Positions 62,969-64,000 of a DNA stretch of 64,000 nt are shown here, piece by piece. Below the pieces are notes generated by a model. It was not told where the DNA came from and did no database searches. It saw nothing but the letters and a program-made list of their open reading frames with translations. The stretch is from contig NC_043009.1 in assembly GCF_006345805.1 (NCBI RefSeq), forward strand, positions 18,600,001 to 18,664,000. The letters are read 5' to 3'. Position 1 is the stretch's first letter, and every line of letters begins with the position of its first letter. Both the position numbers and the translations under genes were made by a program. The stretch comes from Octopus sinensis (lineage: Eukaryota).

Positions 62969-63796
62969 TATAGTAGTCTGTGGACTGTAGCTAAAATAGT
63001 TGAATGATTTATCTTGCAAGAAGTTTTATAGAGCAATCTCCATTTAATAAGTTTCTCAAAACACCTACATCATGAGAAGTAATTCTTAATTATTCAAGAA
63101 GCTTCGTGCTTCTCTTGGAAGTTTCTAGAATGTCTAGTGTTCCATTAATGAAATCAGCTTGCTTGCCCTGCTATTTGCTACAAGTCGACTAGACTGGCAG
63201 GAGAAGGCTTTGCATGGTAGATTCCTAAAGATAGTCACAACAAATAGTAATAGTGAGACATGGTTATGGTTGCAGGAAGGAAGGCTGAAGAGGGAATCAG
63301 AAAGTTTGTTAGTAACAGCACAAGATCAATCATTAAGAACTAATAGGATAAAAGCCAAGAAGAAGAAGAAATTTAAGAACTACACATTTATGACATAAAA
63401 ATATATTTTATTCATTGGTTACTGATGAAATATAATCAAAATGTAGAACCTAGTTGAATGAAATAATCTATGCAAGAAAATTCAGAAATGTAGAAATAAC
63501 AGCTAAGTGGTGGTTTTCAGTCATATGGTGTAGAGAAATAGACAGGCATAGCAACAACATGAATGGCTCGGAGTCTAGTCGACTAGACTCTGAGCAGGGC
63601 AAGTAAGCTATTTTTATTAATGGCACACTAGACATTCTAGAAACTTCCAAGAGAAATGCGAAGCCTCTTGAATAATTAAGAATTACTTCTCATGACGTAG
63701 GTGTTTTGAAAAACTTATTCAAAGGAGATTACTCTATAAAACTTCTTGCAAGATAGATCATTCAACTATTTTAGCTATAGACCACAGTCTACTACA
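62969..63796. mobile_element. non-autonomous long-TIR DNA transposon (Ginger-like) with about 200-bp TIRs and 4-bp TSD
   Basis: 62969-63171 is the reverse complement of 63593-63796. Termini TAT(TGT)..ACA. AGAC at 62965-62968 and 63797-63800. Confidence 0.8.
63190..63360 (+). mobile_element. Dong/R4-type LINE fragment inside the TIR element
   Basis: WQEKALHGRFL..TWLWLQEGRLKRESESLLVTAQDQSLRTN. Confidence 0.85.
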
Positions 63797-64000
63797 AGAC
63801 CATATGGTGTGATGCTAGCAACATAGTGATAGGGGTTGTCCTGGAAATTGGAGATATCAAAGTGGAGGACACAGACTGGCTCAGAAAAGCAGATGATCAC
63901 AACCCCATCAACATAGCTGAATTGGGGACACTGTGCTGAAGGGTATGAATCTGGCTCCAAGATGGAAGCTGCATACTATCAAACTGATTCAGTTGCTGTG

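Larger units (their letters stand above)
62100..64000 (+). mobile_element. LTR retrotransposon relic (gag, RT end, RNase H), probably Gypsy-like; runs off the window
   Basis: gag-like IRPFCGE..W..K.K.VARLQ..LEGNAL..YL.M..IE..LKE. Then ELFSMCGRLV..WLQTACS..KR and KDPVRGSW. RNase H WCDASNIVIGVVLE..INIAEL..KG.NLA. Confidence 0.75.

Overview
Eukaryotic, AT-rich and almost entirely repetitive DNA. The tRNA-derived SINE families and the microsatellite load look like those of an octopus or other coleoid cephalopod; that is pattern recognition, not a database match. I can support only one host coding exon: a 165-nt, phase 1-1 Sushi/CCP-domain exon on the minus strand (12778-12942). There is also a weak candidate terminal exon with 3'UTR near 58400-60152 (-). 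The rest is nested transposable elements: a mariner, a decayed autonomous Helitron and non-autonomous Helitrons, Penelope-like elements (Naiad-like and a second type) with hammerhead-like motifs, many Dong/R4-type REL LINE fragments sitting in (AAT)n arrays, L1/Tx1-like LINEs, a nearly full-length RTE-type LINE with a TSD, hAT relics, a Merlin-like MITE, a Ginger-like long-TIR element inside an LTR retrotransposon RNase H, and at least three SINE families. Most ORFs in the track are microsatellite or antisense artefacts. I see no clearly new biological system. The best leads are an apparently RT-less GIY-YIG Penelope-like unit with a YY1/NRF1/ETS motif cluster, inverted Helitron copies bracketing the Sushi exon, and variant-core hammerhead-like motifs. 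Coordinates were counted by hand, and the ends of decayed repeats are approximate.
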